A stretch of DNA of 64,000 bases from the human T2T-CHM13v2.0 reference genome, Homo sapiens. The first letter of the stretch is position 1. Each line of letters opens with the position of its first letter. The DNA is taken from assembly GCF_009914755.1 (NCBI RefSeq), contig NC_060926.1. The stretch is one strand, 5' to 3'. This document shows positions 31,108 to 45,319 of the stretch, piece by piece. The notes beneath the pieces were generated by a model. The model had not been told where the DNA came from, did no database searches, and saw only the letters and a program-made list of their open reading frames with translations. A program made the position numbers and the translations under genes.

Positions 31108-31463
31108 TTTTTTTGTTTGTTTGTTTGTTTTTGAGACAGAGTCTTGCTTCGTCACCTAGGCTGAGTAGCGCGATCTCTGCCCACTGCAACCTCTGCCTCT
31201 CGGGTTCAAGTGATTCTCCTGCCTCAGCCTCCGGAGTAACTGGGATTACAAGCTCCTGCTACCAGGGATTCTCCTGCCTCAGCCTCCCGAGTAGCTGGGA
31301 TTACAGGCTCCTGCTACCACGCCCGGCTAATTTTTGTATTTTTAGTAGAGACGGGGTTTCGCCATGTTGGCCAGCCTGGTCTCGAACTCCTGACCTCAGG
31401 TGATCTGCCCACCTCGGCCTCACAAAGTGGTGGGATTACAGGTGTGAGCCACTGTGCCTGGCC
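31108..31463 (-). mobile_element. Alu (AluS-type) with a 55-bp internal tandem duplication
   Basis: GATTCTCCTGCCTCAGCC..CTCCTGCTACCA at 31212-31264 and 31267-31319. Confidence 0.95.
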
Positions 31464-31977
31464 CAGGTCTTTAACTGTCACCTTCTCAGTGCTGCTTTCC
31501 CTGGCCACTCTCCTTTATTTTTTCCCTAGCACTTCTCACCACCGAACACACTCGCACACACGTGTGCACACACGCTTGCTGTTATTATTAATCTTGTTTA
31601 TTGCTTGTTTTCCTCAATAGAACGTACATGGCATGAGCGCTGCAGGGTTTTTGTGATTTCAGTTCACTCCGTTTTCCCCAGCACCTGGAGCAGTGCTTAC
31701 CTGTAATACAAGCTCAGTAGATGTTGCTTTAATGAATGAATTAGTCCCTATTCACAAAGGAAAAACAAAACATCCTTCGCAAAAAGAGCTCCCGGGGGAT
31801 ATCCCTAAGAGGTCTTTGGCCCAAGAGAAACACAGTTAAAAAGTTGAAGGGGGAAATTGTTTTGGTTTTCCCCTTTCTTTCTGAAAGTTCCATTTAAAGA
31901 AGACTAGCCAGGCCTGGCCTAGCAATCCCTTTCTAATCCTTAATATGCCTTAATGAGAATGCAGAAATGAGTGGGAG

Positions 31978-32662
31978 TGTGGCAGGCCAATTCTCCCTGA
32001 CAATCGCACAGACAGGCCTGCATGACAGTCGCACAGACAGGCCTGCGTAGCACCCGTTACACAGACAGATTTCCACAGTGCTGCCTGAACATTGAGCAAA
32101 TAGTTAAACCTAGAGAAATCGGTGCTGAGACATCCAAGCTAGAAATGAAACATACAGTCAGTAGGAGCCTTGCATGGGCTTCTCCCTTGCTGGAGCAAAC
32201 CAAAATAATAGAGACAGTTTTACATTCCTAGTGCCAGGACCCATCTCAGGTCGACAAAATCTGAGACAAGTCAAGGTTACAGAGGCAGCTGTTTTAATAA
32301 ATTCATTGGGAAGTCTAAGGCAGCTCTCCAGACCAAGCTGTAAAAGAGATAAGATAGAAATAATCACTCCGTACCACCATAGACAGGCCTTGAAGGTACT
32401 GGGGCCCTTTTAATCGGACTTAGCATTTCTTTTTTTTGCCTCTGACCTTCTAGCTGAAACAAAATTAGTTACCAATAGACTTAGGCGAATGCTAGACTGC
32501 ACTAAGAAAATTTTAACACTTTTGAGTTGGTCTGGTGGAATTATCTCCGGCCTTCTCCCTGTATCCGGCTATAGTAGTCAATTCCCTTCTTTCCTAGTTT
32601 GTCTGCTTCTTGTTATTGAGCCTCCAGAAAATGCAGCCGGACCTAGCTTGGTTCCGGGAACA
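31978..32662 (+). mobile_element. ERV1 solo LTR, LTR15-like
   Basis: TGTGGCAGGCCAATTCTCCC..GCTTGGTTCCGGGAACA; TG..CA termini; perfect 4-bp TSD GGAG; subfamily from memory. Confidence 0.8.
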
Positions 32663-32941
32663 GGAGTGGGAGCCTGGGGGTACTGCAAGGAAAAGGGAAA
32701 GAGAGAAGACAAATGCAGGGCGGACAATCCAAGGAATGCCTGATCCATGGGAACTGGACTTGCCCAGGGTCTTTTCTGCCTCTAATAGGTTCCGAAGCAG
32801 GTTCTCCACATGTGCCCCTGCTCGATGCTCTCTCCCAGGTTCATTGCTCCTCCTATCCAAAGACTTCTGCCTGCTTGCCTCACTAATGGTGCCTCTTTTA
32901 GGTTGTGTCACAGCCTTCCCATTAAAAATTCCCATCATCCT

Positions 32942-33237
32942 GGTCAGGCACGGTGGTTCACGCCTATAATCCCAGCACTTCGGGAGCCCGAGGTGGGCGG
33001 ATCACTTGAGGTCCCAGGAGTTCGAGACCAGCCTTGGAAACATGGTGAAACCCCATCTCTACTAAAAAAAATACGAAAAAAAAAAAAAATTAGCAGGGTG
33101 TGGTGGCTCACGCCTGTAATCCCAGCTATTCAGGAGGTTGAGGCAGGAGAATCACTTGAACCCAGGAGGCAGAGGCTGCACTTAGCTGAGATTGCAACAC
33201 TGCACTCCAGTCTGGGTGACTAAGCAAGACTCTATCT

Positions 33238-33281
<44 letters not shown>
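32942..33281 (+). mobile_element. Alu with expanded linker and ~43-nt pure poly(A)
   Basis: Full Alu; no clean TSD. Confidence 0.96.
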
Positions 33282-33283
<2 letters not shown>

Positions 33284-33649
33284 AACACTATCCAGTGGCA
33301 TGTCCTAAGAAAAAAATTAAAAAGCTATTTTCAGCCTGTGTAAGTTAAAGGTGGGAGAGGGTGGAGGAGATGCTGACAGCCCCAGTGCCTGGTAGACAGG
33401 GGGCAGTTTGCTTTGCTCATTTATATACAGTAGTGATCACTGAATGGCCAACCCATCCTCCAGCTGGGACCAGCCATCAAAGACAGATGAGGCAGCCACT
33501 TACCTAGTGTGATCAGAGGGAGACCAAAGACTCTGTTGCACCAACCCCTTGCCACAGTATTTACCGTGCTCTGATCAGGATAGCCCTTCCTTGGGTAAAG
33601 ACCCCATGTTTCCAGGGGCCACCTTTCAAAGCCCCAGATGTCCTTGTGG

Positions 33650-34270
33650 AAGGCAGAGGGTTCAATCCAAGACAATCCTTTACACCTGCCAGTTCCAAAA
33701 GAGGTCTACACCATGTGTGTCTAAATATTTAAAAGTTATAATCAAGCCAACAAACTGATGAAATATGTTCCATCTTCCTACCCTGATGACAATTTGGAAG
33801 GCTGGGTTAACTTCAGAATTCTCAGACTCTACTTAGACTTCTCTGCCAGAAGTGGTGGCACATGAAGGGCCAGCCAGCCCCTAGCCCCAGCTCATGTCCA
33901 GCCTCCCTTCTCCTCCCACCCTGGATCCCTCCCACACCACAGGGGCCTCCCGTATAGGTATGTGGGCACCCCTGCCTGCACTTTCAAGCTCTGTCCAGCT
34001 GCCCCTTGGGTACTCTGGGCTTTGGGATGCACACACCACGAACGTAGTCTGCCCTTGAGACCACCGATACTGGGAACAGGCCTGCAGGAGAGCTGGGGCT
34101 CTTTGAGTTCTCAGGTTCCCAAACTGTGATCTTGAAGGAGAGCATGGGCTCCAGGCTGGGGAGGAGTCCCCTTGGTCCTAAGGACTCTTCACCCCATGGA
34201 GAGGGGCATGGCAGGAGCAGGCCCCTCTAAAGTGCAGGACTCAGGGCAAGGGCCCTCTTGCCAGTTCTAA
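33650..34270. mobile_element. MER115-like hAT-Tip100 DNA transposon relic
   Basis: AATATTTAAAAGTTATAATCAAGCCAACAAACTG..AGAATTCTCAGACTC..CCCTCTAAAGTGCAGG..CTTGCCAGTTCTAA. Confidence 0.65.
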
Positions 34271-34531
34271 TGAGTGAAGCAGAGGACAGAAAGATACCAA
34301 GGAAGAGAGAAAGGAGAATGTGTGGACAGCATGGGATGCTCCCTGGGGAGGAGCTCACAGTGAGGAGTCCCTGGGCAGCCAGGGGGCCATCCCAAGATTG
34401 GGGAAAGAAAAGCTAGGAAAGCAGGAATGTGAAAGGAGGTGAGTGGAAAGTAAAAAGGCACTGAAAACAAACCTACTTGATAACAAACCTTGCTCTCTTT
34501 GGGTATATTTTATTCATGTATGTGTGATGCA

Positions 34532-34834
34532 TTTTTTGTTTGTTTGTTTGTTTTGAGACAGAGTCTCACTCTATCTCCCAGGCTGGAATGCAGTGGTGCG
34601 ATCTCGGCTCACTGAAACTTCTGCCTCCTAGGTTCAAGTGATTCTCATGCCTCAGCCTCCCAAGTAGCTGGGATTACAGGCGCCTGCCACCACACCTGGC
34701 TAATTTTTGTATTTTTAGTAGAGACAGGATTTCACCATGTTGGCTAGACTGGTCTCGAACTCCTAACCTCAGGTGATCTGCCTGCCTCAGCCTCCAAAGT
34801 GCTGGGATTACAGGCATGAGCCACGGTGCCCAGC
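34532..34834 (-). mobile_element. Alu (AluSx-like)
   Basis: Full Alu; TSD core ATGCATTTTT. Confidence 0.96.
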
Positions 34835-35759
34835 TGATGTATGCATTTTTAATTGAACCATTAATCCTACTCCCCAGTTCATGGCACATCATCATCATCC
34901 TTATTATATATTTGGGTGGTAAAAGGTCACTTTTGTTTTATTTATGTATTTATTTCCTTTCATTTTCATTCCCCAATGCCCACCCCACATCCCCATTGGC
35001 AACAATTTTGTACACACAGGGGGCCATCCTGACCCCTCTCTCTTCACTCCTGCATGCAATAGCCCTGTCTGAACCCAGGAACCATTCCTCTACATAGATC
35101 TGTTATGTCTCTTCAAAGTGGTCGTGCATCCTCCATCTCCAGGACAGGATATAGCTGGTTCCCTCCTAGGCCTTGCAGGAAGACTAGAATATGTTAAAAC
35201 TTCTAGAAGGCCTTGTTAAGCCTAGAATGGACTTTTGCATAGATCACCCCACCTTGGACCCTGTAGAAAGGAAGTGCCAAAATCCCATTAGAAGTCATTT
35301 TCATCTGTAAATAAGTCCCTAACATGTTTTATTATTATGTTATTTTGAAGCCTATTACATTCCAGTATCATATTTTAACCTCCTAAAAAAGAGTTTGTCA
35401 TAAATGTCCTACAGTGGATAATGTGCCTGTACTAATTTTTTTCCCCAGAAAACGGTCTAAGTTTCTGGCTACCACATGTATAACAGTAATTATCATTCTT
35501 TATCTTTTATATTGCAGTTATCTCCTTCAGTCATTTCCTGATAATAAATCATTTTGTTTTGTCATTTCTATTACCTTGGCATACCAGAAACATGGGTAGA
35601 TTTTTATTAACATAAAATAGTTGATTGACTCCTAATTATAGCATCCAAAGTGCAGACATTTCAAATCTGGCTGTCATCCAGTCTGTCCCTGGATCTAAGG
35701 CAAAAAAAAAAAAAACTAAAAAATAAAATAAAATAAAGGAACTCTGGTTGTTTCATAGG

Positions 35760-35793
35760 AGTGTGTGTGCGTGTGTGTGCATGTGTGTGTGTG
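35760..35793. repeat. Imperfect (GT)n microsatellite
   Basis: GTGTGTGTGCGTGTGTGTGCATGTGTGTGTGTG. Confidence 0.85.
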
Positions 35794-35890
35794 TTAAAAA
35801 ATAATTTATATATCTAAATTATCCTGAGGCCAATTTAAAATAAACTTTTAGCATCGATCCTAATTTTCCCCTTTAATAACACATTTATAT

Positions 35891-36027
35891 CTTTTTCTTC
35901 TTTTTGTATTTAGAGACAAGGTCTCACTTTGTTGCCCAGGTTGGTCTTGAACCCTGAGCTTAAGGGATCCTCCTGCCTCAACTTGCCAAAGTGCTGGAGT
36001 TACAGGTGTGAGCCACCGCACCCAGCC
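35891..36027 (-). mobile_element. FLAM_C-like monomer
   Basis: Left monomer only; TSD ATTTA(T/A)ATCTT. Confidence 0.88.
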
Positions 36028-36056
36028 AGATTTAAATCTTAATATGAACTAAATGA

Positions 36057-36690
36057 CCCTTTCAGCCAGAACTGGCATCTTCCAGTAATTTCCCAAAATG
36101 ACAAACACAAAGAGGTGAGGCACGCAACCCGTGTTCTCTAGGCCTTTTAGAAAACATGGAGTTGTTCCTTTGGCCACATATATGCCAATCTGCGAGAAAG
36201 GTGATATTGTAGACATAAGGGAATGTGTACTGTTCAAAAAGGAATGTCCCACAAATGTTATCACGGAGAGACTGGAAGAGTCTACAGTGTTCCACAGCAT
36301 GCTGTTGGCATTGTTGTAAACAAACAAGTTGAGGGCAAGATTCTTGCCAAGAGAATTAATGTGGGTATTTATTGAGCACAGCCACCATAGCATTATTAAG
36401 CACAGCCGCCATAGCTTCCTGAAACATGTGACGGAAAATGATCAGAAAAAGAAGGAAGCCAATGAGGAAGGCACTTGGGTTCAACTGAGGTGCCAGCCTG
36501 CTTCACCCGGAGAAGTGCACTGTGTGAGAGCCAACAGGAAACAGCCTGAGCTGCTGGACTCTCTTCCCTATGATGAATTCATGGTGTAATCGGTGTAAAA
36601 AAAAATTAAAAGACCTCTGGACTGTTAAAAAAAAAAAAAAGGGAAGAAAAAAAGAAAACAACAACAACAAATAAATAAATAAATAAATGC
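36057..36690 (+). pseudogene. RPL21 pseudogene: Processed pseudogene of 60S ribosomal protein L21
   Basis: Pyrimidine-rich 5' UTR CCCTTTCAGCCAGAAC..CCAAAATG (ATG 36098); peptides [24 protein letters not shown] and [18 protein letters not shown]; TAA at 36587-36589; short 3' UTR; poly(A); no introns; frameshifts and early stop. Confidence 0.97.
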
Positions 36691-38664
36691 ACCCTGACCA
36701 AAATTGCTAAACAGTTTTTTCCAATCCCATTTATTTTGGTTTTCTAGAAATGTGAACATATGATAAGTTGTGTGGGAAATTGTACGCGTGTGGTATTAGC
36801 AGGGGCAGCTTATTATTAAGATGTCTCTGGTGGTAGTAATGTTTCTATGATATCATAGTTGGAAGTTATTTAATTGAAAAAGGTAAGATATTGTAAATAA
36901 GAGTCAAATCCATGGTTCTAAAAACCATGCCTGAAGACCAGCTCTTAGGGAATATGGGCTCTGAGGATCAAGACAGGAGAGACGGCAGCAATTGGTCCAG
37001 GGAGATGCTCTCCCATCCTGAGAGTCAGAGTTGCCCCGTTGCCTTTGCAGTCCCCTCCTTGTTAATCTAAAGTGTGGTTCCTAGGAAACTAAGGAGTTGT
37101 CACTAAGGGAGAGTTTAGATGTTTTATCAGATTAGAATTTAAATACTTGATCAATGGGTGCTAACATAATTAGGTCCTAACAAAATTACAGGCAAACTCT
37201 AAATGAAGAAGTGCCTTTGTCGCTGCTGCCCTAATTGGGGTTTGGAGGTATCTCAGGACTCAAGCTGGGAGATCTTTCCTATCCAGGGCAGGTGTTAGCT
37301 CACGAAGGATTTTTGTGCAAATTAGGGAAGGTCCTCCAGATAGACTGACAGAGCCTGTACCCAAGGTGCCTGGCCAGGAGTGTGGGGCCTGGGCTATAGC
37401 CCCCACCATAGCCTCCACAGTACATGTGGCTGTCCTTCTGTGTCAGTGTTCAAACAAGTTCTAGCCTCCCCCTGGACACCCTGTCTCCTTCCAGTGACTA
37501 CCTTAAACCTCAGTTCCCCTTTCCACCCTTCTGTAAAGTCACCAGTGGTTCCATGTGGCTAAGTCCAAGGAATTGGTTTTGTTCCTCATATTACTGCCCA
37601 CTTAGGAAACTCTGACCCTGCGGATCACTCTCTCCTTAAAATGCTCTTGCCTCTGCCTCTGTGATGCCACACGCTCCTTGGGTTTCTCCTCCTACTCTCC
37701 TTTTTCCTCTTAGTTTGGGGCTTCCTCCTTGCAACCATGTTTACATGTAAGCTTCACTCAAGCCTCAGTCCTGACCTTCCTCTCTTCCTATTCTCGACTC
37801 TTTCCATGACCTAAGATATGATTCCCACAGCCAGGGAAAGCCTTATTTCTCTATCTTCACGTCCATCCCAGAGGGGACAGTACTGGATCGCCTCCCCTGG
37901 CTGTCTCTCCACCATTTACCACTCTTTTCCAAAGACCAGGTAAATGAACCGATGGGGGGATGGAAGTGGGGTTTGGGGAAAGGCTGCATAAGCTCTAGGG
38001 AGCCAAACTGGACCATATGGGTGGTCTGGCAATTTCACCAAGGGGCCTCTGCCTCTGCCGAGGGGAGGTCCACAGCGGAGTGGGGAGATTCAGTGCGGGG
38101 GAAGGCATTAGGAAGATTAGTGGTGTCTGCAGAGTCCCAGCTGCATTTTCCAATCCAACTTTATCAGCAATAAAGTTGATATTGATCCCTAGCTGTGGAC
38201 TCATTCTACTTCTCAGTTGGTTCCAACTCAGTGGAAGGTAGATGATGTGTACGTCTACCACCACCCTCAAAACCCGCACAGGGCCCAAAGCCCAGGAAAG
38301 CTTAAGGAACGGGCACAGGGATGGAGACTTAAGATACACCCAGTAAGAAGGATGCTTTGGACAGGAGGGGATTCTAGGTCCTTGACTTATTTAGGATACA
38401 GCAGTTTAATGAGACTGGTGTCACAGGACCTCAGCAAACTCAGGCCTTTGCTACCTTAGTATACACAGGTTGCGCAGACTTTTGTAACTGATAGATCTAA
38501 GCAGGTGCCGCCAACATTAGAGGAATCGTTCAGTCACTTAAAACTTGCAGAGCTTCAGTGACTACATTCTTTAGATATCAGTAGTTGGGATACTTTTTTG
38601 TCGTGCCTATCATGCTTCTCAGGCAGGGACAGGCCAAAGGAAGCTAAGCTCCATGTGGGCTACA

Positions 38665-38827
38665 GCTTCGGTTCTCAAACTCTCACATGCATAAAAGTCA
38701 CTGAGTAAGCTTATTAAAATACAGTTTCCTGGGCTTCCACTCCATGATTGAGTAGGTCTGGGGTAAAATCTAGGAATTTGCATTTCTAACAAGTTCCTAG
38801 GTGATGCTACTGGTCTGAGGACCACTG
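38665..38827. mobile_element. MER5A
   Basis: GGTTCTCAAACT..GGAATTTGCATTTCTAACAAGTTCCTAGGTGATGCT. Confidence 0.85.
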
Positions 38828-39222
38828 GGTTAGAGTACACTAGCCTGTGTGGTTCTAGCCTTCCACGCATTCAATCAACTGCTTCAAATTCTCTTCCTAT
38901 TTATGTTATGTTGACCTGAATCCGATTTTAGGGCCAAGAAAAGAACTGTGGTGGAATTAATATCCTGATTCTGTACACTTACCTCCAGACTCCTAGAATC
39001 ACCCTCAAAACCCATGGCATAGTTTAAAGTCCTCTGTAGATTTGTTACTTAACCCTGGCCATGGTTTTGATCAGAGACCCAGATTTGGAGGTTCAGCCAC
39101 AGAGGGTAGTGGCTTTTTATCAATGAACAGATAGAGAAACTGGGGACCTTATTTTACAGGTGGCTGGCCATCTTTTGGGGCATTAATGAAAATATTAGTA
39201 AAACCAAAGATTAAGAGGAATA

Positions 39223-39906
<684 letters not shown>

Positions 39907-41239
39907 TCAAGGAGGAGCTGAACTGGTTGAGACACGCTGACCTTGAAGTCAGAATGAGAGCAGTTGGAGAGAAAGAGAAGTAATGCAGCTAGGCTGATAA
40001 TGGGGGAAGGGAGGACAGCAGGGGAAGAAGCCTGGGGTTCAGCCAGAGACACACCTGGGTTGTTTGCAGCCAGTGTCCATGCTGACTGGCTAAAGCTGAG
40101 CCTTACCACCATTGCCATGTAGAGGGAAGGATTTCCTTAAGAGAAATGTTTTGATTGTGAAGGCAAGACTAGTCCAATCTAAAAGGCAAAGGGAGATATG
40201 CTTGGACCCAGCCGCTCTCAAATAAGGTATTATTAATAGAGACTCTTTTCCTTTGGCTACTACTAGGCCAGAAAGGGTGACTCGGGTCCAAAGAACTCCA
40301 ATAAAAAAGGAGAGATTTCAGAGAAGAGAATGGAATAATCTACACACCTACCCCACCCTCAACCAGGGAGCATAGTTCCAGGAAGCTCTTGAGAGGTCCT
40401 CTCTTAAAAGGTCAGATAAGGAGTCAACAGTAAGTTTAACTGGGGAAATCGCCCTTTAAAGACTACAAAAGTTATACCAGGTAGTCGTGCAACTGTGGCA
40501 GGATTTGGGGAGGGAGGTCTGGGAAGATGGGCACAGAATGTGTCCAGCATTACCAGTGAGTTTCAAGGTGGTTCAATTAGAATACTACAGGTGGGAATGT
40601 AGTCATGGTATGTACCTTGAGGGGACATACCCAGGAAACTTTTGGAGGGGCCCTTTCAGAGAAGGCACAGGAAGATGAAGTGAGCTGCAGTGAACCAGGC
40701 AGGACAGTGGTAGATGGAGTCCAGGCCCAGGTTAGATAATTGGTCCAAAAGGACAAAACCACCTGCAAGGAGAAAGAAGGACAAGATATGTTTCAACAGT
40801 CATGTTGTTTGCAGATTCAAAACTTCATAATTTCATACTGCTCACTATAGTGTACCCCATGAAACAGAACTTAAGGAGCATATCAGAAGAACAAATGTCC
40901 TGACTCAAAAACAAAGGGAAATAAAGATGAAAACACTAATCAGTACAGCAAACAGTGCTGGCTGACATGCGATAAAGAAGGAAATGGTCAACTGAAGAAG
41001 CAAGGTAAAATGTGAAAGACTGGGCTGCCCTGTCCCAAAAAGAGAAGTGGAACAACAGAGGCATATAGACGATCACACACATATTCCACTTCTCCGTAAA
41101 AGACAGAACATAACGTAATCTGCTGCTGCCTTTGACACAGCTTTAATCCTCAAGGCAGGGAAAGGCAGTGCTCTGTGGACCAGCACATGGCAGAGATATT
41201 TGTCCTCACTAGGCCTTAGTGAAAAGCCTCAGAACCACA

Positions 41240-41350
41240 GACAAACATGTACTAAGAACCTTCTATGTGCCAGGTACTGTTCTAGGCACTGGGAGTACAG
41301 CAGTGAACAAAATGAAGACCTCTGCCCCTGGGAACATACATTCCATAGCA
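41240..41350 (-). mobile_element. L2 3' end
   Basis: CTATGTGCCAGGTACTGTTCTAGGCACTGGG..CAGCAGTGAACAAAA. Confidence 0.8.
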
Positions 41351-41451
41351 GCTTCAGTTGAGGAATCCACTACTAGTGATTCTCCAGATTAAACAAGTGA
41401 GAAAACTGCCCCAAGAGGTAGGTATCACAGCCTTATGAAAATCCAGGCAAC

Positions 41452-41767
<316 letters not shown>

Positions 41768-41987
41768 TTAGGAATTTTGCATGGCACAACCTTAACAGCT
41801 TAAAATCTTCCACAGAGAGAGTATTTACACCAAATGAGAAAATATTGCCAATCAGGGCTTATTCATTTATTTATTTGAGAGAGCCAGTTTACCAGCACAC
41901 CATTCCAATGGCTGCTTACGAGGGGACATGGGGCTGTGTTCCTGGCTCGACGGGGACACAGGGGAAATGGAAATTAAGGGGCTTTAA

Positions 41988-42321
<334 letters not shown>

Positions 42322-42649
42322 CCAGGATTCTCCAGTAACTTCTAAAGCATCACTGAAAATTTCTAAATTTTGCAAGAGGCCAGGAAGGTTTCAATTTCCA
42401 GACGTGCCCTAGGCCATAATTAACTTCTTGATGAAAGACTTCTCCTAACACAGTGTAAAGTTCACCAGTCAAGAACTACGGAAAACCGACATAGATTGAG
42501 AGGTATTAAGACAAGGCTGATATCTAAAAGTTTTTTTCTTTTCTGTTTTCTCTACTTCCCACAGATACTGCTGGGCCTCTGCTAGGCTTGTTAGCTGGTG
42601 CCAATACTATGTGTGTATTCTGGGATTCTGGGGACTTTATTTTGATTGG

Positions 42650-43100
42650 TGAAGTAGATGTTCATATGATTTTTGTCTGTTCATCAACTGAACCTCTTTC
42701 CCCTCCTTAAAAGTCTTGGTGGGAGGCAGAGTCTATCTCCTTTTATAGAAGCATAAAATGTCACTTACTTTCCCAGCTTCCTTTGCAGTCATGTGGCCAA
42801 GATGCAGCCATGTGACCAAGGCTCGGCCAGCGAGATGGACCCACTCTGGACTTTGAACCAGGAGTCAGCAATGCACAGATGAGGCCCAACAGAGAATTCC
42901 CCATGATGATGGGGACACCGCTCAGTTGCCACCAATGCCTTCTTCAGACTAGTTCACAGGTCATACTATGCAAAGCCAGGTTTTCCTGTCTTCCCTGTAA
43001 TTCCCCCAACTACCCAATGGACTATGGATAAATTCCTTCTTTGCTTAAATCAGGCAATGTTGGTTTCTGTGGCTCATAACCTAGAATCAGGACTGATATA
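42650..43100 (+). mobile_element. ERVL/MaLR-type solo LTR relic
   Basis: TTTCCCAGCTTCCTTTGCAG..CCATGTGACC..ATAAATTCCTTCTTTGCTTAAATC..GGTTTCTGT..GACTGATATA. Confidence 0.6.
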
Positions 43101-43624
43101 ACTGGTCTAACTGCTGTAGGGGCCAGCAGATTAGTTCATGTTTTCTAAGTCAGGTGTGGGGCTGGTGCTGGGATAATCTTCTCTGTCCTTTTAACCCGAT
43201 GGACTCTAAAAGTGGAACACACAAGAGACATTGGCTGCGGTCACTGAGTGAAGGCCCTGGGCTGAGGCTGAACGGTATGAGAGTGCAGGAGATCTTCATG
43301 GACTTTAATATCCTTGGTCTTTACCTTATAAGAGAAAGGAAATTTGATTTGGGGGGCATACCTCCTTGGGAATGTATTTAATAACATACTATTAAGAAGG
43401 GGAAAAATGCTGGCTAAACTTTGACAAAATGCTCTTTTGTCACTTAAAATGTTTATACTTCATTAACAACCTATTTCAGACTTACTTGGACATAGATTTG
43501 TATCATAGGTTGCTCTTGTGCATGCATAAAAAGGAAAATAGAAGCAAAATAACGTAAAGTACTCTTAGAAGCTCTTTATATTAGGAATCCAAATATTCTG
43601 AATCATCTTTGCTTTCAAAGTTGA

Positions 43625-43975
<351 letters not shown>

Positions 43976-44061
43976 TAAGACATAGTTCACACAAGCCAGT
44001 AACATACTCTGAATACAGATTTTTCTATATAGGACCTCAATTTTGGATGATATTCCAAAAG

Positions 44062-44470
44062 GTTTTTTTAAGTTTTTTATTTTGAAATAATTTTGGATGC
44101 ACAGTAAGTGTAGAGTTCTCATGTGCTCATTATCAAGCTTTTCCCCATGTTCTGAATCACTTTTTGAAAACTAAGATATAATTCACACACCATAAAATAC
44201 ATCCCTTTGAAGTGTATAATTCAGTGTTTTTAGTGCATTCACAAAGTTGTACAACCCACCACTATCTATTCTAGAACATTTCTCTTGATTTCTTTTTAAA
44301 TTAAAATCCTTCAAGGGAATATTCCAGAACATTTCTATCACTCCCCAAAGAAACCCTGTATCTATTAGCAGTCACTCCCTGTTCCACTCCTCCTGCTCCC
44401 CCAGCCCCTGCAACTACTCATCTTTCTTTCTGACTGAATCACTTTTTAATTCAGAATGGCCTGTGTGCAT
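44062..44470 (-). mobile_element. L1M 3' fragments
   Basis: TTTTATTTTGAAATAATTTT; GATATAATTCACACACCATAAAAT..AAACCCTGTATCTATTAGCAGTCACTCCC. Confidence 0.8.
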
Positions 44471-44688
44471 CTCAGTGTCACTCTCTGTGTCACCAAGAGC
44501 ACTGATGATAGAGCATTTTATAGCAGAGTGCTTCGTTTTGTCTCCAGGATTTTCTTCCAAGTTGCTGGTATCTGTTCTTAAAGTTTTAATACACATGTGC
44601 AGACAATGACAACTCCATCGTAACTGCAGCCTGGATGATGAGACTGTAATATGAATAACAATTTCAGAGAGGTTAAAATACGAAAAAT

Positions 44689-44818
44689 TGCCAGGCATGG
44701 TGGTGGGTGCCTGCAATCCCAGCTACTCGGGAGGCTTAGGTGGGATAATATCTTGAGCCTAGGAGTTCAAGACCAGCCTGGGCAACATAGCAAGACCTAG
44801 TCTCTTAAAAAAAAAAAA
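44689..44818 (+). mobile_element. FLAM_A-like monomer
   Basis: CCCAGCTACTCGGGAGG..GGAGTTCAAGACCAGCCTGGGCAACATAGCAAGACC plus poly(A). Confidence 0.85.
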
Positions 44819-45319
44819 TGTGGGGGAAGAAAATGAACATGGACATCTTAGACTCAATGCAACACTGTAATAAAAGTAGGTTATTTAGGACATTTCCATT
44901 TTATTGGCATTGTATCACTGTCAGACAGCATATTGTCATACATTTCTATTATCATTTGATCTACTTCATATCTTCTGGTGAGCCAATTGGATGCTACAGC
45001 TGAGGACATATGAGATTAAGAAATAGGACAGTGATGAGTTTTCACCCCAAGATGCAGTAGGCATTGATAATTTAATTAAAGAATGGTTCTGCTCCCACTT
45101 CACAGCCTTTTTGGAACAAAAGCTAACTACCCATGAGTGGTTGAAGAAAAAATTCAAAAGAGCAATGGATTTTATGGAGAGAGAGGTGGAGGTGAGCCTT
45201 ATAAAATGGGAGCAGGGTAGCAGGTCTCCAAGGCTCACCTCAGGGAATTTCACTGGTAGGAGAGCAGAGTGATGCCTCTTGTCCTCTCTCCAGCCCTCAT
45301 TACCCATGCTGGTAATTTT

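Noticed and set aside
31999-32047. 24-bp tandem repeat GACA(A/G)TCGCACAGACAGGCCTGC
   Set aside because: Lies within the LTR and is probably part of the family consensus
36131-36589. RPL21-like ORFs as a functional gene
   Set aside because: Frameshifts, early stop after the ATG at 36098, poly(A) tail and no introns
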